Shown here: positions 52,780 to 63,197 of the stretch, piece after piece
Layout: each line of letters starts with the position of its first letter
How positions within the stretch are numbered: the first letter of the stretch is position 1
DNA from: an uncultured Candidatus Rokubacteria bacterium
Lineage (GTDB): Bacteria; Methylomirabilota; Methylomirabilia; Rokubacteriales; CSP1-6
Assembly: GCA_963789955.1 (NCBI GenBank)
Contig: CAWBMV010000035.1
Location: 8,512 to 72,511 of the forward strand
DNA length: 64,000 bases
Direction: 5' to 3'
Notes under the pieces: generated by a model
The model's input: only the letters and a program-made list of their open reading frames with translations
Told to the model about the DNA's origin: nothing
Database searches by the model: none
Made by a program: the position numbers and the translations under genes

Positions 52780-53729
52780 GCTATGGGTTCTACGCCATCC
52801 GGACTTTCGAGAAGTACACGGTCCCGGTGACCGCCGCGATCATGATGCTGATGAGCATCCTCGCCTGGAGCCGTCCCGGCGTCGTCAACTGGGGACTCAC
52901 CAGCTCGCTGCCGCCGGCCGCGCACATGGCCATGCTCTCCCTGCTGATGACGGCGATCGGCGTGGGCTGGGGAATCTCGTGGGTCACGTGGGCCTCGGAC
53001 TACTCGCGCTTCGTGCCGCGGTCGGTCTCGTCAGCCGCCGTGTTCTGGTACAGCTACATCGGCATGCTCGTCCCTACGGTGTGGCTCGCCATACTCGGGG
53101 CAACCGTCGCCAGCGTGACCAAGGACACCGATCCGGCGAAAATGGTCAGCGCGGTGTTCGGCGGCGTCACGAGCATCCTGGTGCTGCTGATGGTGCTGCA
53201 CGGCCCGATTGCGACGAACATTCTGAACGTGTACTCGGCCGCCCTTGCCGCGCTCAGCATGGGTCTTCGGCTCTCGCGCACGGTCCTGGCGCTCGTCGCC
53301 GGCGTCGTCGGCTATCTCGTGACGATCTATTTCGTCTTCCAGCCCTCGTTCGCCAAGGCCTTCGACAACTGGATGATCAGCCTGCTGCTGTGGATGAGCC
53401 CGTGGGCCGGCGTCGTCCTGACCGACTTCTTCATCGTGCGACGCGGCCGCATCGACGTCGACGAGCTCTATCGCGAGCCCGAACGGAGCGCCTACGGCGA
53501 CATCAACTGGGGTGCGATCGTCGCCTTTCTGGTCGGACTGGTCGCCGGCTGGTCGGTCGAAGACGGTCTCGTGCCCGCACTGCAGGGGCCCATCTCGACG
53601 AAGCTGCTGAGCGGCGCCGATCTCAGCTGGCTCGTCGGAATCGTCGTGGCCGGCGGCGTCTATCTGGCGGTCGGCCGCCGCGTCGCGCCGGCTCCCGTGT
53701 CGCAGCCGTTAGGCAGCGCCAGGCGGTAA
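52780..53729 (+). pseudogene. 5'-truncated purine-cytosine permease (NCS1 family)
   Basis: Homology-like sequence begins abruptly at YGFYAIRTFEK; SWVTWASDYSRF, NILNVYS, SPWAGVVLTDFF, GADLSWLVG; the upstream in-frame part is hydrophilic with atypical codons. Confidence 0.72.
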
Positions 53730-53835
53730 GCAGGGCCGCTCGCCGTTCCTCCCGGGGCGTCGGGGTTTTCCCTGCGCCCGGTACCGGGTTCCTACCCGAT
53801 TGCCTCTCCGCGCGGCAATTGGCTTAGTGAATTCG

Positions 53836-54747
53836 GTGCCCCTTCGAACGACCCTCAAGCGCCGACTGTATTCGACCGGCGTCTCGAGCGCGCTGGCGCG
53901 TCGTGACGGCGCGAGCTTCATTCTCGCCGCGCACATCGTGCTGGAGGAAGAAGCCGAGCAACTCGCGGCGATCATCCGCCTTCTGCAACAAAGCTTCGCG
54001 TTGGTGTCGATCGACGAGTATCTCGACGCCTTGCATGCCGGGAAGTGCCGGAACCTGGTCACCCTGACCTTCGACGACGGCCTCCGCAATCAACTCACGG
54101 TCGCTCACGAAGTCCTCTCGCGCCTCCGGGTGCCGGCAACCTTCTACGTGTGCCCAGCGCTGGTCGGCACACCCTTCTCGACGTGGACATGGGAGCTCGA
54201 GCCTCGGCTCGCGCGCCTATCGAGCCTCCGCCGGCAAGAGATCTTCGCCCGCGGGTCGGCCGACTCGTTCGCCGCGTTCCTGCACGGGCTGAAGACGATG
54301 CCGCTCCGCCGGCGTGAAGCGCTCTGGGACGAGATCGTGAAGGCCACGCCGGAGTTCGCGTTCACTCCCGACGAAGAACGGCAGTTCGGCCTGATGGACT
54401 GGGCGGAGCTGGCGCGGCTGGACCAATCGCTGATCACCATCGGCTCCCACACGCACACGCACGTGGATCTGCCTCAAGTCGACGCCGAGCGACTGGAAGA
54501 CGAGCTGGCCGCCAGCAAGGCCATGCTCCGAGAGAAGCTCGGGTACGACGCGCGACACTTCGCGTATCCGAACGGAAGCCACGACCAGCGGGCGTCACGG
54601 GCCGTGGCCCGGCACTTCGACTCCGGGGTGACGATGGAGCACCGCGCCGTCGGACGCGCGTCGGCGCCTCACCTGTTGCCACGCGTTCACATCCAGTGGG
54701 ATCCGTCGGAGCTGGCCTGGACCTTGGCGAGGGTCGCGCGTGACTGA
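53836..54747 (+). CDS. polysaccharide deacetylase family protein
   Basis: LTFDDG, PATFYV, IGSHTHTH, FAYPNG, LPRV; start codon uncertain. Confidence 0.88.
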   Translation: MPLRTTLKRRLYSTGVSSALARRDGASFILAAHIVLEEEAEQLAAIIRLLQQSFALVSIDEYLDALHAGKCRNLVTLTFDDGLRNQLTVAHEVLSRLRVPATFYVCPALVGTPFSTWTWELEPRLARLSSLRRQEIFARGSADSFAAFLHGLKTMPLRRREALWDEIVKATPEFAFTPDEERQFGLMDWAELARLDQSLITIGSHTHTHVDLPQVDAERLEDELAASKAMLREKLGYDARHFAYPNGSHDQRASRAVARHFDSGVTMEHRAVGRASAPHLLPRVHIQWDPSELAWTLARVARD

Positions 54748-56563
54748 GCTAACGTCGTCCGATCGCGTGCTCGTACTCGACGGCTCGAGCCGCGCCGCGG
54801 TCGAGGCCGTGCAATCGCTCGGCAAGCGGGGCCTCGAGGTCCACGTAGCCGCGCGCTCGAACTGCCCGGCGTTTCACTCGCGCTGGGCGGCGAGCACGCT
54901 CGTCCAGCCGTCCACGTCGGACACGCAGCGGTTCACCGACTGGCTGCGCGCCTTGCCGGACGAGTACGCGCTCATCATTCCGGCCACGGGCTACAGCCTT
55001 CATCATCTCGCCGGCCTGCCGAACTCGGATCCGCTGCGTGAGCGCGCCGTCTTGCCCCCGCCGGACGCATTGCACATTGCCCTCGACAAGGCGCGAACGA
55101 TCGACACGGCGGTCAGGCTGGGCATCAGTGCTCCCTCGTCCTCGCTCGTGACGAGCCTGGATGAGGCGGGCAAGCACCAGCCGCCGTGCGTGCTCAAGCC
55201 GACCCGCAGCGTGATCGAGAACGACGACGATCTGGGCGAGGTCTTTCCGGAGCTGGTCCACGACGCGGCGCACAGAAGGGAAGCGCTCGGGCGCCTGCTA
55301 CACCGAGGTCCGGTGCTCGAGCAGGAGCTCGTGCCGGGCATCGGGATCGGCGTGGAATGCTTGTACGCGGACGGAACCCTGATCTGGCACTTCGCGCACG
55401 AGCGGCTCCACGAGGGCACCGGCGGCGGGCTCGGCAGCGGGAGCTTCTATCGCAAGTCGATCGTCGCGCCGCCGCCGCTGCTCCAGGCCGCCACGACGTT
55501 GCTCGACGCCTTGCGCTGGCACGGCGTCGCGATGGTCGAATTCAAGTACGACCCCTCTACCGGCCGATTCTGGCTGATGGAAATCAATCCCCGTCTGTGG
55601 GGGTCGGTCGCGCTCGCGATCGACGCGGGTGTGGATTTCCCCTACGGCATGTACTGCCTCGCGACCGATGCCAACCCCGGTCCCCAGCCGAAGTACAAGC
55701 AGCCGTACTACACGCGGCTCGTCCCGCCGGATCTCGACTGGATCGGCCGACAGATCAGACGATCGGGGATCTCGCGGTCGGTCGAGCTCCTATCGTTCCT
55801 GAGAGTGCTGATCGGACGGGAGAGCTGGGATCACTTCGCCTGGACCGATCCCCGGCCCCTGGTGACGAGCGGCCTCGCGTTCCTCCGTGAAAAGCGCGCC
55901 GCGCTGGACCATCGCCGCCGCGCCTGGGCCGACTCGCAGGCCGCCCTGCGACAGCACGTCGCTAACGTGCCGCGGCTCGGCGCGCACGGGGCCTCGACCA
56001 AGGTGCTGTTCGTCTGCACGGGCAATATCTGTCGAAGCCCGCTGGCCGCCACCTTGTGGGAGGCGCAGTATCCGACGATGAAGGTCGCGTCCGCCGGGTT
56101 CGTCTCGCGGGAGGGTCGGCAGTCGCCGGACAACGTGCTGGCCGTCGCCGCGGCGAGGGGGATCAGCCTCGTCGACCATCGCTCGCGCACCCTCGACGAG
56201 GCGATGCTTCGAGAAAGTGACCTGGTCGTGCTCTTCGAGCCCCGACAGTTCGTCGAGCTGCGAGCCGCGTTCCCGCAATACCTCGACAAGGTCGTGATGC
56301 TCGGCGCGCTCCTGAGCGCACGAACGGCGTTCATCGACGATCCGTATCAGCGCTCGATCGCCGAGACCGAACAGATCGCGGCGCAAGTGGAATTGGCCCT
56401 CGGCGAGCTCGCGAAGCTCCTCGGCCTACCGCCTCGAAGTGAGGTCGATGAACCGATGCACCCGCCGGCAGCGTCTTGCCCGACTGTTCGAGCCGCCACT
56501 CGGGCTAGCCTTCTCAGGCCGTCGCTCCCGGACTCAGCGCTTCCGCCCGCCCCAGGGCACTGA
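54740..56563 (+). CDS. ATP-grasp (carboxylate-amine ligase) domain fused to a low-molecular-weight protein tyrosine phosphatase
   Basis: LDKART, VLKP, EQELVPG, MVEFK, LMEINPRLWGS; C-terminal VLFVCTGNICRSP and IDDPY. Confidence 0.87.
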   Translation: MTELTSSDRVLVLDGSSRAAVEAVQSLGKRGLEVHVAARSNCPAFHSRWAASTLVQPSTSDTQRFTDWLRALPDEYALIIPATGYSLHHLAGLPNSDPLRERAVLPPPDALHIALDKARTIDTAVRLGISAPSSSLVTSLDEAGKHQPPCVLKPTRSVIENDDDLGEVFPELVHDAAHRREALGRLLHRGPVLEQELVPGIGIGVECLYADGTLIWHFAHERLHEGTGGGLGSGSFYRKSIVAPPPLLQAATTLLDALRWHGVAMVEFKYDPSTGRFWLMEINPRLWGSVALAIDAGVDFPYGMYCLATDANPGPQPKYKQPYYTRLVPPDLDWIGRQIRRSGISRSVELLSFLRVLIGRESWDHFAWTDPRPLVTSGLAFLREKRAALDHRRRAWADSQAALRQHVANVPRLGAHGASTKVLFVCTGNICRSPLAATLWEAQYPTMKVASAGFVSREGRQSPDNVLAVAAARGISLVDHRSRTLDEAMLRESDLVVLFEPRQFVELRAAFPQYLDKVVMLGALLSARTAFIDDPYQRSIAETEQIAAQVELALGELAKLLGLPPRSEVDEPMHPPAASCPTVRAATRASLLRPSLPDSALPPAPGH

Positions 56564-56614
56564 CGACCGCTATCATTCCGGCACCAGAACCTCGTGACGG
56601 CGACGGAGAATGTG

Positions 56615-57970
56615 ATGGGCAAACAGATCGAAGAGCTGGCCAGCTTCGCCGCGGCGACACCGTGGGATGCAATTCCGGGCGCTGTTCGAGAGCACGCCAA
56701 GCTCGTGCTGCTGGACACCCTCGGCGTGATTCTGGCCGGCTCCGTGCAGCCCGAGGTCGCCGGCGTGCGGGCGCGGCTGACCGCGACCGGCGGTCGGGGC
56801 GCCACGGTCTACGCACCGGGATGGCCGACGACGGATCCGCGTACGGCGGCTCTGCTCAACGGACTGGCAGGGCGCTCGATCGAGCTCTGCGAGGGACATC
56901 GCTACGTCTCCTGTCAGGGCGCCGTGCAGGTCTTGCCGACGGCGCTCTCCTGCGCCGAGTGGCTCGAGCGATCCGGACGCGAGGCGCTCGCCGCGTTGAT
57001 CTTCGGCTACGAAGTCGCCGCGCGGCTCGGGGCCGGACTGACGGCACGGCCCCTCGCGCACCAGAACGGCCAGGCGCCGCTGCTCGGCGCGGTGGCCGCA
57101 GGGGCGCGGTTGCGCGGATTGAGCGGCGAGCAGATGAGCCTCGCGCTTCGGATCGGCGCGATCCTCGCCCTCACGCCCGGCTACACGAACGCCGTCGCGG
57201 GCGCGACCGCCCTCAACGTGGCCGGCGGAATGAGCGGCTTCGCCGGAGCGCTGGCGCCGGAGCTGGCGATGGCCGGGGTCGCCGCGCAGCCGAACGCGAT
57301 CGAAGAATCCTTCGGGCAGCTGGTCGGAGACGGATTCCAGGCTGCCGCCGTGACCGAAGAGCTGGGCAGTCGCTGGGAGATCGCCCGCAACTATTTCAGA
57401 TTGCGCGCCTGCTGCAACCCGATCTACGCGGCGCTGGACGCGCTCGAGGACATCCTCGACGATCTTCGGCCCGAGCCTGCCAGCATCGAGCGCATCGACG
57501 TGGCAACCTATCGCTTCGCCGCGAACATGCGCGAGCCGAACCCGATCAACTATTTCGCGGCGAAGTATTCCCTGCCCCACGCGGCCGCCGCGCTGGTCCT
57601 GCGCGGCAACGCCGGCTATCACGCGTTCACGGAGGACGTCGTTCGCGACCCGGCGATCGCGGCCTTCCGCCGGCGGGTCGCCGTGCGCGAGGACCCCGAG
57701 CTCAGCGCCGCCGTGCCGCGACTCAAGCCGGCGCGAGTGACCGTGACCTTCACCGACGGCCGCCAGGTCACGCGGCTCCGCGAGAGCGCGCGCGGCGACT
57801 ATCAGGATCCATATCGTGACGACGAGATCCGTTCGAAGTTCCGCGAGCTGGCCGGCGTGGTGCTGAGCCCCGCCGGCGTGGCGCAGGTGGAGGAGCTCGT
57901 CGATCGACTCGACCAGCTTCCGCGGCTGGGAACGCTCGTCGAAACGCTACGCGCTGATCGCGCGCTCTAG
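56615..57970 (+). CDS. MmgE/PrpD family protein
   Basis: LLDTLGVILAGS, AALLNG, GYEVAARLG, FRLRACC, AKYSLP, KFRELA. Confidence 0.88.
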   Translation: MGKQIEELASFAAATPWDAIPGAVREHAKLVLLDTLGVILAGSVQPEVAGVRARLTATGGRGATVYAPGWPTTDPRTAALLNGLAGRSIELCEGHRYVSCQGAVQVLPTALSCAEWLERSGREALAALIFGYEVAARLGAGLTARPLAHQNGQAPLLGAVAAGARLRGLSGEQMSLALRIGAILALTPGYTNAVAGATALNVAGGMSGFAGALAPELAMAGVAAQPNAIEESFGQLVGDGFQAAAVTEELGSRWEIARNYFRLRACCNPIYAALDALEDILDDLRPEPASIERIDVATYRFAANMREPNPINYFAAKYSLPHAAAALVLRGNAGYHAFTEDVVRDPAIAAFRRRVAVREDPELSAAVPRLKPARVTVTFTDGRQVTRLRESARGDYQDPYRDDEIRSKFRELAGVVLSPAGVAQVEELVDRLDQLPRLGTLVETLRADRAL

Positions 57971-60293
57971 AGAGGCCCAAAGGCGGGCGGCGGCACGCGG
58001 CGTTTCGAGGCCGCTTCGTACGCCGACGCGATCTTCAGGAGGACGTCTTCGCGGCCGGGCTCGGCCCGGAACACCAGCGAGAAGGGTAAGCCCGGCTCGG
58101 GAATCGCCGTCGGCGTGTCCGAGGGCACGGGCACGTACCGCATGCCGTCCGGGCTGAGCGTGAAGACCGGATCGTAGACGGTCGTGACATAGCCCGCCGG
58201 CACCAGCACCTCCGTCAATCCCGCGTTCGGTCCGTAGAACGTCTCCAGCCGAAGATTGCCCGGCAGGCCCGGTTGATAGGCGCCACCGATTCTTCCCGGC
58301 GGAAACGGCGTGTGCAGACGGACCAGCGCGTCCAGGCGGTTCTCGATCAGGACCATCATGTCCACCCGGCGCAGCAGCTCGCGGAGCATGATTCGCTCGT
58401 CGACACCTTGACGCCGGCCGAGGGGATTGCGCGGGTCCGTCACTTCTTCCCAGTTCTTGAACGCGGCGCGCCCGTCGTCGCCCCAGAACTTGGATCGCGC
58501 GTTGAGCGCGGCAAAGTCGACGAGCGTCTCGGTGAATCCCCGCGCCTGCCAGTCGGCGGCCCGCCGGCTCAGGTACTGCGGGACGTGGAATCTGAACGCC
58601 ATCGCGAGCTCTTGCTCCTGGATCGTCGCGATGTCGAAGTTCCTCGGCGGCTCGATGCGTCCTTCCGCCAGCGCGACGCAATAGTCGATCGGCTGCATCG
58701 TGCCCGTGCCGAAGGTCTTCCCCGGTGCGAACTCGGTCGGCACGATCGCCGCCGCGAATTCCTTGAACAGCGGCCGCCCGTCTCGCCCGAGCCTGAACAG
58801 CAGATCGGGCATGATGATGGGCACGAGCTGAGCGAGCGCGCGCCTGAAATCCGTCGTCATGGCCTCGACGTCGGGATCGCGCGTCCACAGGGGATCGGAC
58901 GACTCGACGAGCGTCGCGCCCAGGCGGCCGCCGAGCATCGCCTTGATCTCCCGGGCGGCAGCGGTGACGATCGGCTCCTCGGTCTTCGACCCGGGCGCAG
59001 TACACCATCGATTCTCGAACGATGCCGATGCGCATCCCCGCGAGCGCGCCCGGCGTGCCGGCCGTCCGCGCATGACTCGCGTACGACGTGCTCAGCACCG
59101 ACGAGCGCGGGACCGTCGTGTAGGGATCCCGCGGGTCGTAGTAGCCGTGGACGGGATCCTTCAGCGCGTCCAGCACCTTCGCGCAATCGGCGAGCGTGCG
59201 GCAGAGGATGCCGCTGCGATCGCAGTAGATGTCGGCGCCGATCGCGCCACCGTTGAACCCGAGCATCGACTTGTGCGGAAGAATCAGCGCCACCGCGTTG
59301 TGATTGGCCGGGCCGCGACACGATGCGCGGGTCTCCTCGCCGAGGCTGGCCATCACGAGATTGGTACTGACCGACACGCCCGACCCCGAGCTCGAGCCCA
59401 GCGAGGCCGCGCGCGTCGTGTCATACGGATTTGCCGGATTGCCGCCCCACGTGCTGCGCTGGTAGCCCAGGGTCGACGGCAGCACGTTGTCGGGCGTGTG
59501 GCGGCCGCCCGGATTGCCGGCGCGCCCGTTGTATTCGGTATTGACCGCCTTGGCGAAGATGATCGCGCCCTTGTTGCGGAGCTGCTCGACCAGCACGTGA
59601 TCGCGCGCCGGGAAATCGATGTCGTAGCGCGCGTCGCCGCCGGCCGTGGTGCGCATGTCCTTCGTGTCGAACGGATCCTTGAACGAGAACACGACGCCGT
59701 ACATCGGCATCGCCTCGAGATCGGGATTGCGTCCATACGCGGCGTCGAGCTCGGCGGCGCGCTCGAGCGCGTCGGGCAGCCGGCGGAACATCTCGCACAC
59801 CGGCGGCGCGCCCGGCGGCAGTGGCCCCGCCGACGGATGCCGGTCGAAATCTCCCCGGCAGGTCACGGATCGCTCACCGCGAATGTTGAGCGTCGCCGAG
59901 CGCATTCACCTGTCCGGCATTCGGCTTGCCGACGACCATTCCGTATTGCTGCGGTACGGACGGGTCGGACGCCGTCGCCTCCATGCGCCCGAATTCGAGT
60001 GCCGGCCCCCGGTACTTGTGGAGATCGGGCAGCACCACCGACGCCTTGACGGTTTCCGTGGGAAAGCGCAACGGCGCCAACGCCCGCACCGCGCCGTTCA
60101 TCGCCGGTATCGGGTTGCCGTCCTCGGTCACGAGCAGGCTGGCGACTCCGTTGTAGGCGCGCACGCGATCGATGTACTGCTGGACGACCGCGAGACACGT
60201 CGTCCGCCCAGACTTGATCGCCGTGTGCAGCTCGTCGATCGTCGCCTCGTCGACACGAAACGGCTTGTCCTGGGCGTCGGGCGCTGGTGTCAC
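57967..60293 (-). CDS. large amidase signature family protein (frameshifts near 59000 and 59900)
   Basis: EATIDELH, LDAAYG...PMYGVVFSFKDPFDT, NPYD...GSSSGSG, LGEETRASCRGPA, LLKIASAYEAASKRRVPP; GGAGG before the GTG at 60293. Confidence 0.85.
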
Positions 60294-60472
60294 GACGTCG
60301 CCTCCCCTGCTCCGCGTTCTTGCTCCGCCTTCTGCGCGCGTTCGCTCAGGGCGGCCCACGGCGAAGAATAGTGTAGCCGCGAGTCTGAAGCCAGCGGGCC
60401 GTCCCGACTTCTCAGCCAATCCTCATGTTCCTCTCACACTCGCCTGCCACGCTCTGTAAAGGAGGGACCGCC

Positions 60473-60835
60473 ATGAAGAAGGTCGTCGCAACACTCGTGA
60501 CGTCGCTGGCGATGGTCGGCGTCGGCTTGCCGACTCCGGGCTGGTCACAGGACTCGGCGGTCGATAGCACCGCCAAGCCTCGGAAAGCGGTGGCGACTCC
60601 GCGTCGCATGGCCGCCGAGGTGCTGGCCGTGAATCGGGGAGCCGACGCCCTGACCGTGAGATCGACCGCCAACGGCAAGGAGACGGACGTCATTTTCTCG
60701 GTCCAGGAGTCGGTGTCGCCCGTGCTCGACACGCTCGAGCCCGGGGATCGAGTGCTGGTCACCTACGTACGCGTCAACGACCAGCTTCAAGCGCAGCGGA
60801 TCGTGAAGGCGCCGGAGGCGGCGCCACGGCAGTAG
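60473..60835 (+). CDS. small secreted hypothetical protein (OB-fold-like)
   Basis: GGAGG RBS, signal peptide, beta-rich AEVLAVN...LTV...LEPGDRVLVTY pattern. Confidence 0.7.
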   Translation: MKKVVATLVTSLAMVGVGLPTPGWSQDSAVDSTAKPRKAVATPRRMAAEVLAVNRGADALTVRSTANGKETDVIFSVQESVSPVLDTLEPGDRVLVTYVRVNDQLQAQRIVKAPEAAPRQ

Positions 60836-60863
60836 GTGCGAAGCAATAGCAGGAGGGTTCGTG

Positions 60864-61353
60864 ATGGAAAGAAGAATCGGAACGGGTCTCGTGGCCGGCC
60901 TGATCGCCGGTATCGTGTTCACGCTTGTCGCCCTATTCCTCAAGACGACCGGGCCGGACGGCGGGCAGACGTCCATGCTGATCGTCGCCGCCGAGGAGCT
61001 CCATTCCCACGGCTGGGTGGCCGGCTGGATCGCCAGCCTCATCTACACCATCGTCATCGGTGGCATCTTCGGCTGGCTGGTCAGTGCCGAGGCGCCGAAC
61101 GAGCCGCGGTTGATGGTGTGGGGCGGATTGTATGGTCTGGTCTGGTGGATCCTCAGCGGGCTCTTCGTCGTGCCGGCGCTGCTCGGCGAAGGTGCCCTTG
61201 TCCTCCGCGGCGCTCGACACGATGAAGCCCGTCGCGCTGGCGTCCCTGATCGAGCACGTGCTGTACGGCGTGATTCTCGGATTCGTCTTCGCGCTGCTCA
61301 CGACGTACGTCGACCGGCGTCATGCGCCCCATGCCGCCCACCATGCCGCTTGA
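60864..61353 (+). CDS. hypothetical membrane protein, frameshift near 61195
   Basis: AGGAGG RBS; GLVAGLIAGIVF, GGLYGLVWW, SLIEHVLYGVILG. Confidence 0.7.
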
Positions 61354-61427
61354 TCCTGGATCGGAATTCGGCAGTCCGGCTGAGGCCGACCGCAGATCCG
61401 TGGTCGGCCTCGCCAAGGAGGACGTAC

Positions 61428-61690
61428 GTGGCTGTTGCTCGAGCAAGCGGCGGCTGAAGATCCCGGCATCACCGCCGGATCGCCGGAACACTGCCGACGC
61501 GAGATTCGAGGTGGTAGCCACCAGCAACGCGACACCAGTGCCAGACGTGATGCTCGACGGCAGGTCGTACGATCTCATCGTGATGGACACGGATCTGCCC
61601 GGAGCTCAGGGGTTCGCGGTGCCCGAGGCAACCGGGTCATCGCCCTCACCGGCCGCGAATCCCGGCTCCTCGAGTACCTGATGCGCAATC
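61428..61690 (+). pseudogene. degenerate OmpR-family response regulator remnant
   Basis: FEVV...YDLIVMDTDLPGAQGFAV (receiver) directly followed in another frame by RGNRVIALTGRESRLLEYLMRN (winged helix start); middle and ends are missing. Confidence 0.6.
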
Positions 61691-61777
61691 TCTCTGTCAT
61701 CGCTCTCCCCTCCTCTCCGTGTACCGGGACCACGTTCAAGAGCGATGGGAGGCGCATGAGCGCCCCGCCGGCCGGGA

Positions 61778-63184
61778 TCAGGCAGTCGTTTCGAGCACTC
61801 GGCGGGCCGCCGTCAGCTCGGGCGCGCCCGGAGCAAGTCCAGCCTCCCCGGCCCTCAGGACGAGCTGGCGGCAGGCCTGGCGGTGCAGCGCGGCGTTGCC
61901 GTTGCGCTCGTAGGCCCAGGCGAGCGCGGCGAGCGACTGCACGTGGTTGGGATTGGCGAGCAGGCGCTGATGCGCCAGCTCGATCACACGCTCGACGTGA
62001 CCGAGACGACGGTGCAGCTCCATGAACGCGTCGCGAAAGATGTCCTTCTGCTCGCGACTGCCTCCGCCCATGGAGTGCAGATCGTCGATCGCCGGCGCCA
62101 TGAGCCGCACCGCGGATTCGAGATCACCCTTGACGATCGCCATCTCGCCTTCGAGGAGCGCGACGCCCCGGGTGGACCAGTGGCCGCTCGCGCGCCCCGC
62201 CGGCATCCGGCGTAGCCGCTCGAGCTGCTGCTCGGCTCTCGTCCAGTCTCCGGCGCGCGCGAATGCAACGCCCAGCCAGTGGTGCATCCATGTGGTCTGC
62301 CAGTCCGCGTACTCGGCGAGCACCCGTTCGCCTTGCTTCGAGAGGTCACGCCAGATCGCGGAGTCTACCGGCGTACCGCGCAGCAGCTCGAGACGCCAGA
62401 GCAGCTCGATCCGCTCGTAGATCGGTAGCGGCGGTGCGGTGGACGCCCAGTAGTCGCGCGTCATCCGATCGTGACCGAGGAGCGCCTGCGCCTCGGCCAG
62501 GTGCCAGAGCAGATGCGGATAGCGCTCGAGCGACGCCGCACGCTCGAACGTCTCGAGCGCGTGCGGATAGTCGCCGCGGGCCTGATAGGCGTGACCGACC
62601 GCGTGGTACGTGTAGAGGCTGGTCGGATCCTGGGCCAGCGAGCGCAGGCTCATCGCGAGCCCCTCGTCGTTGTACCCGGACTGTTCCAGGAAGAAGCCGA
62701 GCATCGTCTGGTACTGCGGCTCCTCGGGGCTCGCCTCGAGACTTCGCCGCGCGATGTCGATGCCGCCGCGATAGTTGCCCTGCGTGATGCAGTTCAGCCC
62801 GATGATGCGCACGGCGATTCGATCGGTCGGATACTGCGCGGCGATCTGTCCCAGGACGTCATAGGTCGCGGCGTGGTCCCCGCGCCCCATCGAATCGACC
62901 GCCCGTACGTGCAGTCGCTCGCGCTCGTGTCGTGCGTCATCGGCCACCGCCGTCGCCTGACGCGCCGCCGCGGTCGCCAGGTCCGCGCGACCCATGCGCC
63001 AGGCGATGTAGGCCTTCGTGCAGTGCGCCAGCGCGAAGCGCGGATCGCTCTGTGCCGCGGCATCCAGCGCTTCCACGGCTCCCCCGCGCCAGCGCAGGAA
63101 CAGGTCGAGCCCGCGCTCGTACGCGGCCAGCGCATCGGACGACGTCGTGGACACGCCGAGTCCCTTGATGTCGGTGGCCGTCAT
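61778..63184 (-). CDS. TTC38-like tetratricopeptide repeat protein
   Basis: DIKGLGVSTTS, RERLHVRAV, YPTDRI, TYHAVGHAY, HLLWHLA, MGGGSREQ; paralogous to 24060-25352. Confidence 0.78.
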   Translation of the reverse strand: MTATDIKGLGVSTTSSDALAAYERGLDLFLRWRGGAVEALDAAAQSDPRFALAHCTKAYIAWRMGRADLATAAARQATAVADDARHERERLHVRAVDSMGRGDHAATYDVLGQIAAQYPTDRIAVRIIGLNCITQGNYRGGIDIARRSLEASPEEPQYQTMLGFFLEQSGYNDEGLAMSLRSLAQDPTSLYTYHAVGHAYQARGDYPHALETFERAASLERYPHLLWHLAEAQALLGHDRMTRDYWASTAPPLPIYERIELLWRLELLRGTPVDSAIWRDLSKQGERVLAEYADWQTTWMHHWLGVAFARAGDWTRAEQQLERLRRMPAGRASGHWSTRGVALLEGEMAIVKGDLESAVRLMAPAIDDLHSMGGGSREQKDIFRDAFMELHRRLGHVERVIELAHQRLLANPNHVQSLAALAWAYERNGNAALHRQACRQLVLRAGEAGLAPGAPELTAARRVLETTA

Positions 63185-63197
63185 GCTTCCCTCCGGG

